A stretch of 54,947 bases of DNA, the filler included, from Sphacelaria rigidula (Eukaryota), in NCBI GenBank assembly GCA_964200075.2. It is 5 parts of 5 records of this genome, joined end to end, with 100 filler letters (N's around TTAATTAATTAA, not from the genome) between each part and the next. Parts side by side here need not be neighbours in the genome. Positions count along the whole stretch, not along the records: positions 1 to 10,910 come from CAXNAA020005695.1; positions 11,011 to 21,920 come from CAXNAA020005696.1; 3 more parts are not named here. One strand, written 5' to 3'. This document shows, piece after piece, positions 1 through 12,170 of this stretch; the first letter of the stretch is position 1; each line of letters begins with the position of its first letter. The translations under genes and the position numbers were made by a program. The notes below the pieces were generated by a model that made no database searches, had not been told where the DNA came from, and saw only the letters and a list, made by a program, of their open reading frames with translations.

Positions 1-865
1 AACGTCACGTGATGTAACGCGTGGTCCTCCGCATGAACCCGAACATTGCGTTTTAGTTTCCAAATGTGACGAAAACTCTGCTTGTTTTCGTGAAAATGTT
101 TCGTGTCACGTGTCCCGTTAAAAATTCACAAAAACAGCCTTTTTTACATCTGGACAACACCAAGAGACACTGCTTCAAGGTCCACATGTTACATCACGCT
201 ACGTTACATTTGTTCCATGAAAATAATCAAACCTTACGTAGCGTTAAATGCCCCAAAGTTACGTTTTTTTCTGATTTTTTCAAATGTGTCACGTGTGTCA
301 CGTATCCCTCCCTGGATATTTTGCAACCTCGCATTCGCGTGACAGTTCGTCTATTCCTTGACGTCTATATATTCATTTGTTAGCTGCCCAGCACAGCTGC
401 AGTATCTGCTGAATAGATGAGATGGAACAGCTGGAATGCCCCTCACTCGTGGTCGACGAGACAGTTCTACAATACAGTTTGGGCAAAGAGCGCACAGTCT
501 GACCTCGATTATGAGCGACGAATACGGACACCGATGGAAGACTCGACCTTAGCACGGCGGGCACCGTCCCAGCCTTTTTCCTGACCACGAGATCGTAACC
601 GACACCGAACAGACCAGCCTCTCCACCGTGGCGCATATGCAATACTGCCACTTCTCTCCTATCTCTATGCGAGCCAGCAAGTCACACACGGTTTTCGCCC
701 CGAGAAGGCGCCTTGTTCACGCCATGAAACACCCGTAATTCAACGCGCCTTGTGCGTGATCACTACGCAAACAAGACGCTCCTGCTTTGAAGATTCCCCA
801 TGATCGGCGGCGTGTTGAGCATGATAGTCGGCGTGTTGAGCAGGAAACATTGCAGTCATCAGTAG

Positions 866-3800
866 TCAACTCCTCTCTGGAACCTTCCCTTCCTCCTCGG
901 CCTTGAGTTTGGCCCCCAGACTAAGATACACCCCTTCTACTTGCCGATATAATTCCTCAAGCTGACGCTTTCGCGTCGGTGCGTCGGTTGCCAGCTCCTC
1001 TCCGTACCGCTTGAGGAGCCTCCTCTTGACCATCAACCGATACGGTTTACGCTTTTCCTCACCCTCGTCCGCATTCGCCCCCGGAGGCATCCCTTCACCA
1101 TGCGCAGTCTCGGGTGTCGTGGGTTTGATTGCTGCCGTTGCTGAGGCGTCCGCCGCATTTGTTGCATTGTTGGGGCAAGGCTCTGGTGCAGTGTCGCGGG
1201 TGGTTGCGGTAGTGACTATGGAGGTCACGGGTGTTGCGGGCGCCGGCACGTCGCGGGCCTTGAGCACGTCGAAGCCTATTTCCACTTGGGACACTGTCAG
1301 CTTCACAGCCTGAGAACGGTACAGTCACAAACCACCAGGTATCAGTAGTGTCGGAGAAAATGAACAAGCACGTAGTTGACGCCTCTTGCTGTTGAAACGG
1401 CGGGGGGTCACGCCGGCCGCGCGACCTGTGTGTGCTCTTTCTAGTGTGGTGCCGTACAAGCGGGAGTCGTGCTGCACACAGGATATGCTGCCGATCTGGA
1501 GCTCAGAATTGTTGTTCGGGTGTAAATCGTTCGAAACGACCAATGGCACTTTCTTACCTGCTGCTGAGAAGATTACTCGTCTCTTCTTATTGTCCTTATT
1601 TCTAACCCCCCTTTCTCGGGACGAGTCCGTGGTCTCAAGGGATCAACTCATCGCTCTCCCGGTACAAACCTTACATTTTAGTGTCGGGGATTGATCAGCA
1701 CTCCCGCACCGTGTTAACTGTCGTCTAAAAGACTCACCCAAACCGGTTACTTTCACTGCGTACGTCCTCACGCTTTTTCAAGGACGGGAATCAGATACTC
1801 GTGAAAAACCATGCCAACCTAGACGCATGCGGCCGATATCGAACCGGCGTTTTTCCTGCCCTAATGGTGCCAGGTGTACCATGACACGACCGGGGCGTGG
1901 CGGTGTATATATCTGGGTACAGTGATACAGGGAATTCAAGACGATTTTTTAGTTCCAGTACACGACAATTCCAACAACTTCCAGGTGTACGGTTTGCGTA
2001 GAACCATCAGGTACCACGTCGCGCGGTTGCCAACATTCCAATTTTCAAATTGGATGTTGTGTCAAGCTATTCCAGATTCGGCATTAGATTTCTGTGACAG
2101 AAAACACTCTCGTTTTTTCGGAATAGTTTAAGAAAACAAGGAGAACTTTCCGAAAAACTGCTCGAACCATGACGCCATAATATGGAGTACAGGGTAGTAC
2201 ACTGAAAACAAGATAACTGTGCAGTGGTGTATGGAGTGCAGAGTACTAGACAGAGCAAAAGACAACATGGCAGTTCTGCAGTGTTTTGTTTCGTTTTGGA
2301 ACCTGAAGACGGACTGTATGCAGTGTGCATCAGCTTCTCTTGTTGCTAATTCAATCTTGCCGTGGCCGCGAGCGCGGGCGCCGATGCCAATGGCAGCAGC
2401 CGTCATGCTGACGGGTGCAAGCAGTACCCTGGCGGTGCAGTACATCCGCACAGTGCTGTGCGTCGCTCCTTTCATTAGAGCATGGGGTCTGGCCCAGCCG
2501 GTCGAGCGGTGTATACTGGTGCTGGTTGCTTGTCTTTACCCAGCAGTGCTCGGTATCGCGCAAGCGATGGGTCCGGGTAACATGAAATTTTAAATTTTAA
2601 ACAGTCAAGTGTGTAGACAGCACTGTGTCCTGATTGATACCATATGTTACAGCTTGGTTACAGAGAGACGAACACAACAATACAGCACATCAAGCAATCT
2701 CAGCGGAGACCAAACCGTCTTCGCAAGGTCCAAACACACCCCAGAACAGCGATAGCTACAGCACATGAGAGCAGAAGAGAGTGTGTTTGTGCTGCAGTAC
2801 AGTGATACACGACATGTCCCATGTTTTAGTTCTTCGGCTGATTTCGAACGAGCTCTCAGTGCTTGCAGGGTGCTGATCTTGAACGCTCGGACATAGTCGC
2901 CCTTCGCGCAAATATTTTTGTTTTCGACAAAGATACAGGCAGCCATGGCAGCAGCAGAGGCGGCCTTTCACTCCTGCGTGCGCAACCTGGGGCAAACGCA
3001 CGCTGTAGCTACAACACGAAGAGCTTGACAAAATGATATCCCGCGCGCACGTTGACCGCAGATACAAGCGGTCGCGTGCATGATGTGGCGAACTGCATAG
3101 GACAGCGCAAAATCAATGCAGCACAGGGGTAGGCTGAGGATGTGGCGTTCTGTGGTGTGCTTTGTCACCCTGCACCCTGCCGCTGTGCAGTGAACAGGTA
3201 GTACCACCGAAGGCGTAACGTCGCGGTTGGTACGTAGTGTCGAACCCATAGCAGCAAACAGCATATTTCTTGTACAACAGACGAGGATGAGTGGTTCAAG
3301 ACCGATGCGCACAGAGTGGGACCCGTATCTAGAGAAATCTGCACTAACTCGCCCTGTTCTTGTTGATACATGAATCTTTTGAGCAAAAAACGCTTGTAAC
3401 GTGTGCTGTGACAAATGTCATGCGTCATGCAGCTTTCTCCCATGTGCGGCATTGCCCGTGAAGCGAGCTGTTGAAACTAACAGTGCCCAACCCTATTCCT
3501 GCGATGACCTCCTGTCTGAGCTCGAGACGAGATAATTGAAATTGCGGAACATGACTTCAACTAGTAGAACGTACACCTCACCGCGATTCAAGCTTCCATA
3601 TTATCGAAAAGGAACAATACTGTGAGGGCGTCTGTCTGCTCCATCCCTATTTTCCATTCCATTCCAATGTAAGAAAGGTTAGGAAAATTGGAGGCGTGAT
3701 GCGAAGCAGAGCAATCTATGAAATCAAAACTTCCATTTGATTGATTGGTTGATTGATTATCGCACTTTAACTGACCCCCCAAGGGTCCAGTCGTGGTCCA

Positions 3801-6800
3801 TGTAACCCGAAATTTCGTGAGCATAAAATTGTCTCAACGTTCACCTTGTGGGCCTCTTGTACTGTTTCCTTTGAAGGACGTTGAAAGGTTCCGGCGGACA
3901 GCAGGTTCTTCGGGAAGACGTTGTGATCTCGAAGCACACGCGCGTCGACCAAGTTGCGCAGCTGCTTTTTCCGTTGGTCAAAGGGAGGAGCATCCGAACA
4001 ACGATGGGCTACTGCTGAAACTGGTCTGCACGTCTGCCGTCATTTAACCACAGGTTTACCGCAGCTACGCTACCAGAAGTACGCCTCCTTTTCGCCCAAG
4101 CGGTTCAGCGGTTCAGCGGTTCATCTAAACACATGCGGCTACAACTGTGGCCCACGTGACGGATAGCCGGTCTCACCGAACCTAGGGTCCTACGGTGTAT
4201 TTACGGAAGATACACCAAACTACAAGAAATTCACCCCTTAAATAGCCTTGGAAAAATATGCATCACGAGGGAAGTGTAGCCGTAGGCCACGAGGAGTCGT
4301 CAACTGGCACGTCGAAAAATAGTGACGGTCAACATAAGATACTTGAGACCCGACAACACGAAACGCGTGGGCGATGTCAGATTGACTAAAACGTGGAAAC
4401 ATCGTGCTCCAACACTCAGACGACACCTATTCATATTTACGCTGTCTCAATTTCACCTTCTCGAAGCCGGGTGCAGGATCCTCCGCGGTGATCTCGAACA
4501 CGCCTTCCCGTGCGCGCGCCACGTCGTACAGAAACGTCAGTAACGCTTGGCCGTGACCTGAGTGTTGGAGAGGCAAATACGCAGGGAATACCGTCGAGTC
4601 TCTTTGTTCACATTCTCACGCAATGTCGCTCAAGAATAGAAGACTTCGTCGGTAGTGCTTGCGAGTTCATAGATTTGTGTATTTTTAGAAAATCGGCTAT
4701 TTGAAAAATTGCCGCATCGCCAACCGCCCTCGGGCCTAAATATTTATGTGTTGAACCGACAGAGTGGTGGCAGGCCTCTCCCACTCGCGGCGATACCTTG
4801 CGCCTTGTGTAACCCTGGCGGCATGACCTATATCTTTGCTGTTATATTCCCCTGTTGAGCTAGAAAAGATGACGGGCAACACCCCGATCCAAAGCAATAC
4901 ATTTCCTCGATCCCTCGACCAATACAGCCCAGATAACCGAGACGATGATCACGTCGGAGAGCAGCGTTTTGTGTGCACGAACTTCGATTCCATTAAAAAA
5001 ATGTGGCAACGAATGTGTTGAAAATGATTATCTATTCAGTCAGTGTCGTTTGATATTTGCTCAACATAATAGGAATCGCTGGCTGGATGTTGAGCCGGTA
5101 ACAGGTGTCCCTGCACAGCTGGGGCTGATGTGTATCTTCTCAGTCTCCCGCGTGGGGTACGGTGCTGTTGCTTCCATGCACAGTAGTCTGCACAAATGTC
5201 AACACAGCTAAACAATGACAACAACACGTGGATATTCAGTGGATGATGGCCTTGGTGTGAAAAAGTGATTCCTCGATGGACGCGTGGAACTTTCCCTCTT
5301 TATGTGGTAGTGTCCACATCAACCCCCCACCCCCCCCCCCGTGATGAGCCTCTTTGAACGTTCTTTAACGAGTCTGCGGAGGGAATATTTTTCGCCCGCT
5401 AGCGGTGAGGATATTACGCGCGTGTTGGGGTACCCAAGCCAACACTCTCCGCACATGACTTTCTGGTCAGTTTGTACTCTCTGTTGATCAGCCACCTACG
5501 AGTTTTTTGGTTCCCCGCCAACTTCACGATATCTTTTCGCCCGTCCAAATTTGAGGGGATTTCTTCCCGTTCATCGTATTGGTGGGAGCCCGGATTCGAA
5601 CCTGGGACCTTTTGCTCATGAAGCGCACGGAGCAATCTCATGGTATCGCCAATGTAAAAACATGATTCCTCCACGGACACTTGTGGGATTCAACCCTTCT
5701 ATGTGGTGGCACCCACAACAGCATGCTTAGCAATACATTGGTATACAGGTGCCGCTGCTGCTGCTGATCAATGTCAATATATGATCATGTATCGGTACTG
5801 ATCATAATGTTTTGATCTCAATACACAGCCCTAAATAATGTCATCAATGCTGCCCGTGTCATCGCACCACGAACGACGATCCTTCCGCATGTGCTACACT
5901 ACCTCTCATCTCATCTAAAAAACTCGAAGCACGGGACCGTCCGACTGATTCACCTTGCCGCTGATACTGGGGAAGCAGCAGTGCCTGGCACACCCTCAGG
6001 CTCACCCCCTTGACAGGATTCCTGAAGCCGAAAACTGTGAAGTAGCCCACGAAGGCGGCCGGTCGCCACTTTTCGCCCAACACCTCGCGAGAAACTTCTT
6101 CTTCGAAAAGGTAAAACACCTCCCAGCGGTCATCGTTGAGATCGACTCGATCCGCAGCTGGTGTGCAACGTAGGAAGAGATGTATATGAAGTTGATTGAG
6201 ATCACAAGCCAGGATGGTGCATCCTGATAGGTACGCGCCGGACTTCGGTCACAAATATTTGGCAAAGTGAGCAAAGTCCGCATGAAGGTCAAATGGCAGT
6301 CTAAGAAAAGAGAAACCACTGCCGCATCACGCCTGGAGAAATAAAAGAGGAGCTCCCTCAGCTATTGCGCATTTCTTCATTACGGGAGAAGGCGTGCCGC
6401 AAGGTTGGCATGTTATCAGTACTGCCTCACGCAATGTGCTTCTTTACATTCATGACAGATCAGACAGGAGTCACTGTATCAGAGGCAGCGAGGCGAACAA
6501 AGCATAATTTTCGGACAACCTTGCTCCCTCACGCACTTTCGATGAACCACGGTGCCAGCGACTGTGATCTATGGTGATATTCTTGCGCTCCCGGATCCTC
6601 GCCGGTGGAGCGGTACACCGCGAACGGTTTTTTGCCTCGTTTATACTCGTGAACTCGGGTTCCCGGTGGCTTGAAGTCCTGCAAGAATGTAAACCCGGAA
6701 GAGGCCGAAGAAGCAGGGGCGGTGCTCATGGATGCACAGGTGGCGAAATTTAAGCTCAAGACCGAAGCTACCGGCAAAAGACACGGGCCGTACACGTGAC

Positions 6801-9145
6801 AAAAATAGAGCGTACAGCGGTACACGGCGGGGGTTCCACTACATGAGTACATGCTGGCACACAAAACAAGACCGTACCGTGAAAAAAGTCGTTTTGTAGC
6901 CTCTTGAACAGACAACTCACTTTCTGGCGTTCTTCCAACAGCTGCATGAACTCCGACTCATCTGTAGAGTAGTCTCCTTTGGGAGGCAGCGCCTTTGACA
7001 GCTTGGACAGTATTTCTGCCTCTCTATTGGCGAGGCGGTGCACAAGGAGATCAAGCGACGAACGCTTTTCACAGAGGGAGGTCGTCGTTTTAAAGCTTGC
7101 GTCTACGTACGGAACGACTGCATTTGCCCGCGTGTTTCCACGTCAGGGTTCTACTTTTTGGAAAGCAATTGAAACGGGGCTACGCTACTGCGGATACAAT
7201 TGCTGTGGACATATGAGCTGCCGTACATGTAGAGCATCCTGTGATGTGTAGCGTAACATGAGATGAATTTACCCACGACAAGGGCCGTGGCACAGCACAG
7301 CAATGTAGCCTATTGTTAGGAATACGGTAACAACGAGACTCAGGAGTTGGAACTAGCTCTGCACCGCCATGCATTGGTAACCCCGTAGTGCTAGTGCGTG
7401 CGGCAGACAGCGCAAGTACCACTTATCACGCACGTCTAAAATTCCTTGACTCTGCTTCGAAGCGGCAAAGCCACAGGACTACTGAGGTTAAATTCTCTTC
7501 GCTCCAAGATATTTGCCGGATCCAAACGTGGCGTGAAATGTGTCGTTCATTACGCACTCGCTGCAGCTTACAACGTTCCTATACAAAAAGCAAACGAACG
7601 CGAACTTCATGGTCAAAAGGCACGCAACCCTCACAACATGCAAACCCATCTGACGTCTTGCTTGTTGTGGCCGCAACTGGTGCTGTGGAATCAAGACAAA
7701 GCCCATTGAGCTAAGCTGATGTACTATCAGCGAACCTATGCCAGTGCACCATCAGCGAATCAAGTGGTGCGTCGGAGGCTAAACCCTTGCGCGCATGCGC
7801 TGTAAAATGAGCGGAAAGGGAACACTCAGCTAGTCCCATTGTCTTTCTGTGCTTACGCTGAATCAAGAAAAGTGCGTTTGAATAATAACTTGGTCATTAC
7901 AGTTGGCTGCGCATACTGCATCCATTCCCCGCAGCGACTCAAGACATAACGCCCACCCTCCCCTGCCAACAATCCGCGGTATCGTGAGCCGGCGATACTG
8001 TTGCGAAAGGTAAGCTCGCGCTCTGAGGGATTGATAATCCACCTGGTGGCATCAGCATCGCTCGTGTTGATCTTTACGAGGAAGTGAAGCGAAGTCGCGG
8101 AGTACAGCACCCGGATGGTTACCTCACCGTCTGCGTACCCCTCGATCCTCTCTTTGTCAAACAGTTGATGCGTGAACTCTGGCTTGTACTCCGCGCCACG
8201 TTGTCCGCACTGCTCAGCGTCCGCACTCACTGTATTGTAAGACGACAGTCAATTGTTTTGCGCGTGGTGCGGACGATGCTTGACAGTACAGTAGACCTTA
8301 AACTATCCCGTACTTTCGTAAGAGGGGCACGCAGTGCACCAATGACGCATCTGTTACAATAAGACAGGGATCTTGGCGGAAGAGAAATGCAGGACAGTAC
8401 AGTGCAGCGCATCATACACGCCAACGTCGGTGTGTGGGGCATGCGCAACAGCCGCAAGCCTTGCACAATATGGCTCGCGGCCGCAGCTGCAACTTGCAAG
8501 CTTGACGTTCAAATGTTCTGATAACATGATCACGATTGTGCGGCATGTAACGGAGTGAGAACACGAGAGGATCTGCCTGCAGGATAGCGCGACAGCGGAA
8601 TGAGTAGTAGCGGAGGGGGCATCTAATTCAGCATAAACCCTCAATATGGTGCCGTTTAGTCGGCGCCGTACAGTAGGATACAGTACAGTGCAGCGGCGTT
8701 ACTATTTCATTTTCAATCAGTACAAGTTCAGCGCTGATGAGATCTTGCACAGGAATAAAAAATCGGAACAGTTTTGAGCCGGTTGAAGGCGCCATTTTAA
8801 AACTTGAACGGCGCCCGAGGCTGGCGAGCACGCCACGGAACTCTAGGCGAATAGGTATACAGGTACATTGATCAGGAGCTAGAAGATGGTGATTATCAAG
8901 ATGCAACTTCTAACCGCTCACGCAGCATACGCATCGCACGATCAAAAGGCTTTTCTTGACTTCTCACCGCTCAGTAGGCGTATCGCGTCGTTGGCACATG
9001 CACATAACCGTCCCACTGATTGCTGCAGCACCCCGGGTGGTCTCGATGCTTCCCTTTCGACTTGACTGTGAGATCCTTCTACCACAGAATCATCCCAGCG
9101 CACGCGCTTTGCAGCGGGTGGAAACAGCGCCACCTCTTCCGCCAT
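866..9145 (-). CDS. HAT1: Histone acetyltransferase type B catalytic subunit (HAT1), 8 exons, 491 aa
   Basis: Exons 9145-8968, 8229-8043, 7023-6921, 6678-6537, 6157-5954, 4557-4457, 3961-3845, 1309-866 are all GT-AG and phase-consistent, totalling 1476 nt from ATG to TGA. HAT1 motifs appear in the expected order: CANDAIRL, YKPEFTHQLFDKERIEGY, FKPPG..HHRSQSLAPWFIE, DDRWEVFYLFE, FVGYFTVF, LRVCQALLLPQYQRQGHG (acetyl-CoA motif A), EITAEDP, LRNLVD, YRLMVKRRL. Confidence 0.93.
3737..3790 (-). mobile_element. Short 3' tail of a non-LTR retroelement (LINE/SINE) ending in (AATC)n, in HAT1 intron 7
   Basis: Minus strand reads CTGGACCCTTGGGGGGTCAGTTAAAGTGCGATAATCAATCAACCAATCAATC. A near-identical copy lies at 14210-14264 (+) and a remnant at 24360-24390 (-). 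Confidence 0.6.
5340..5675 (-). mobile_element. tRNA-derived SINE-like element in HAT1 intron 5
   Basis: Minus strand has a T-arm/B-box CCAGGTTCGAATCCGGG followed by CTCCCACCA (5580-5605). There is no intact D-arm or acceptor stem, and about 240 nt of non-tRNA body follows. Boundaries are approximate. Confidence 0.5.
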
Positions 9146-10910
9146 AGAGGAACAGCAACACTGACCGTGCTGTACAGTGAGAGGTGTGGCTGTCTGCTTC
9201 CGCAAGATGCTTATTCGGCGGGACTGTCAGCTACAGTATGCTCTGTGCCCGCGACCTTGTGCGTGTTCCTTGTGTACCGCACGGCAATGCACTACACTGT
9301 GTCCTCCCCAGTGAAGGAGCGCATGTAATTACAGTACCTCGATAGCCGGAACGGTGAACATATGATCTTTTTTGAGAGAGGAAAGAAAGCGCCCGCCTCC
9401 GGTACTGTGCTCGACAGCATCAAGTCCCTACATGGAGCCAGGTTGGACAGTATCGAAAACTTTGAAATCTCGGCGGAGGCGTGTTTTTGCTCTCGAGATA
9501 TTTTTTTGATGTCGATGCGAAGCGTGCTGCACATGTTGCCTGCATCTGACCGAATGCGGAACTGGTGCTGTTGAGCTGAGAAATCTGTCGGTCATTTTAT
9601 AGCTCGCTCCTTGCGATGTAAAGCTTCATACAGCGTGGTAGTGAACTATGTTGTGCGATGCACGACGAGTTTTGCGTCTTTCACACGGACATGCCGTTTC
9701 GCATGTTTTTTACGCTTACATCTCTGCAGTTCATTCACTGTTATAATAATAGGAGCTCGGCCAGTCAACACAAGCCTGTTGGGTGTTGAACAGCTTTGCC
9801 CTAACTAGATTTAGAAGTACAAGATAAAAATTTGCTACGGGGTTGGTATAATCAATACGCGTGAAGTAGGGGAAGCAGTTGAGAAAAACAAAAAATTGAA
9901 GAAATTTGATTTAAAAAGAAGGGAGCATGTCATAACCCGATGATGATGGAACAATTCTGCAACAGTTAGGTCACCACCATAGGCATTTTTTTTCACTCTG
10001 CATGTCAAGAAGGTCTCCACAAGTGCTTCATCTCTCATACACCCCCCCCCAACTGGCGTGTCGCACGCTCTTGTGGTCGGGCACCCAGATGGTCACATGC
10101 CGGGTAAAATCAACGATCGATGACCCCCCCCCCCAAGTTCATATTGGATCTCTTATTCCCGCAGCAGCACCGTCCTTGCTGGCATGTGTGTGACATAAGA
10201 CAGAAGCGGTGACAGGAACATTGCTCTGATTTTCAACGACATATTTTTCAGCGCATAGAGGCGCGTCCTGTCCAAAAAGAGAGGCAGAGACAAATCGATA
10301 TTCGCATTGGTGAGCTCCACAGACAAGAAGAGACGACATCCCTCCGCACCTCGATGTTCTTCGGGGGGCTGTGCGCAGAAAAAAAATAACATGCCTACCG
10401 GCACATGAGAAATTGGGTACATGCTGGTAACATGCATGGTATCAGTCTCTCGAGCGATTGGTAATCGCCGAGCGAGGACACACAAAGGACACGGGTGAGG
10501 AGCTTCCTCTCTGTCGTTGTTTCTCTCTGTGGTGATATCGTCATCGACACGCGTGCACACCGCATTCGTTCGGTGCACCTAGCCACAACTACTTCACTGC
10601 TGCAGACTTTTGGGGGGAGAGCTGGTTTCGCTCTGTGTAACTGTTTCGCGTCATCCCTGCAAAAAAGATATGCCACTTGAACCTCATTATAGAGATCAAC
10701 CCAATTTTGCAGGATCCATGTATATTATACGTACTTCATGTTCCATATGCCCGGATTGCCACAGCCAACGTCCGGATTTGTCAATAAACAGCCGATCCTA
10801 ATTTTTGGGGTTAAAACATAAAATGAGGTTGAAGTCCCATTTCTCCACTGCAGGGAAGATACGAAAGAGTAACACAGAGCGAAAGTATCTTCCCCCCCCC
10901 AAACTCCGCG

Positions 10911-11010
10911 NNNNNNNNNNNNNNNNNNNNNNNNNNNNNNNNNNNNNNNNNNNNTTAATTAATTAANNNNNNNNNNNNNNNNNNNNNNNNNNNNNNNNNN
11001 NNNNNNNNNN
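10911..11010. other. Artificial spacer (N-run with TTAATTAATTAA six-frame stop linker)
   Basis: 100 nt; same structure as the other three spacers. Confidence 0.97.
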
Positions 11011-11297
11011 TTGTTGCTTGCCTTAGTCATTTGACCATTGACTAAGCAGGGGCGGGGGGGGGGGGGCTATTCGATGTTCTCGGTGCTGCCCTCTGTACCA
11101 TGGACGGCTCGCAGGTGAAAAACCTACGGAGGGCATCTGTGTTTGTTTCCTGCCTCGACAACAGGCGAGTGCGCAGTGAGCGAGCAAGGTCAGGTCCCCG
11201 GGCATCTCTAAAAAACGGCACGAGAGATGGGCCCTCGGCTTTGGCATTCATGTCTTCTGGGACGCATCGGAAACCCCCTACGAATGAGGTTATCGAC

Positions 11298-11743
11298 GGT
11301 GTGTTCTGTAGGATACGGTCTTCTGTTTACCCGGGGTATTTCCCCGGGTATTCACCGCACGCGACAGTTCTGTGGCTCCTGCAAGACTTTCATACCGGTA
11401 CCCGACAGTTCTGTTATCTCTATGAGCCTCCTGTTCCGTTACCGGGGGGCACGGATATGATCTTGCTAAGATACCCAGTTGCGGGTACGATTTTCTGCGC
11501 AACCTCGATATCCTACCCGACTGCTTCTGTGACTTCTGTACATGAACGTTACCCTAAACCGAGGGGCGGGTATGCCGTAAAAGAGTTACCCGACTGCCGG
11601 TACCGGTGTTACGTAAACCTACTACCGTGCCCGACAAGTTCTGCAATATCTGTGAGATTTAAATACCGGTACCCGACGGTTCTGGAAGTTCAGTAAATAA
11701 TCTCATGCCTTACAGAACGTACCCGACCATACAGAACACAACC
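11298..11743. mobile_element. MITE-like non-autonomous element
   Basis: Imperfect terminal inverted repeats GGTGTGTTCTGTAGG ... CCATACAGAACACAACC. The interior is built of recurring TACCCG/CCGGTACC/TTCTGT motifs. Confidence 0.55.
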
Positions 11744-11919
11744 TTGAAGGTTTTCAATATTTTTTGGCCACATATCTGAGGTCCCACGCCACCGGAATCA
11801 CGTTGAGGAACAGAAATCGATACCGTCACGTCGCAAATAACACACACGAGCACACTCCAATACCACGTAAGGTATGGAAATAATATTGACTACAGCAAGT
11901 TATTCACGGTTCAGACGAA

Positions 11920-12170
11920 TCGTCGCCAGTTCGAATCACCGAATCCATGTTTTTTCAGCCCTGATGGCTCGAAATCGAGAAGAAAGTTGACTGCCGATCG
12001 AAAGGTTCTGCACGCAATATCTGCGGCATCCCACACGCTTGGGCTGCGCGCACCTGGGATCCAACGCTGAAAACAGAGTCTAAGGATTGATGCGTGCGAG
12101 ACATACCACTTCAACTACAATCGAGTAATTCCAAGACGAATCGCAATTCGTCCAACCCTCGCAGAAATTA
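11920..12170. repeat. Dispersed repeat, diverged copy of 51630-51890
   Basis: Collinear shared blocks TCGAATCAC.GAATC, TTGAC.GC..TCGAAA, TGCGCG.AC.TGGG, CGCTGAAAACA, GACGAAT...TTCGTCC.ACCCT. Confidence 0.6.

Noticed and set aside
2860..3030. Plus-strand AAEAAFHSCVRNLGQTH, reminiscent of kinesin-light-chain TPR
   Set aside because: Needs a frameshift, ends in a stop, lies antisense in a HAT1 intron; likely chance.
10250..10310. Possible plus-strand exon with a GTGAG donor upstream of HAT1
   Set aside because: Frame ambiguous, no partner exons and no recognisable motif.
11100..11696. 198-aa ORF
   Set aside because: Mostly within a MITE of simple repeated motifs; no protein features.
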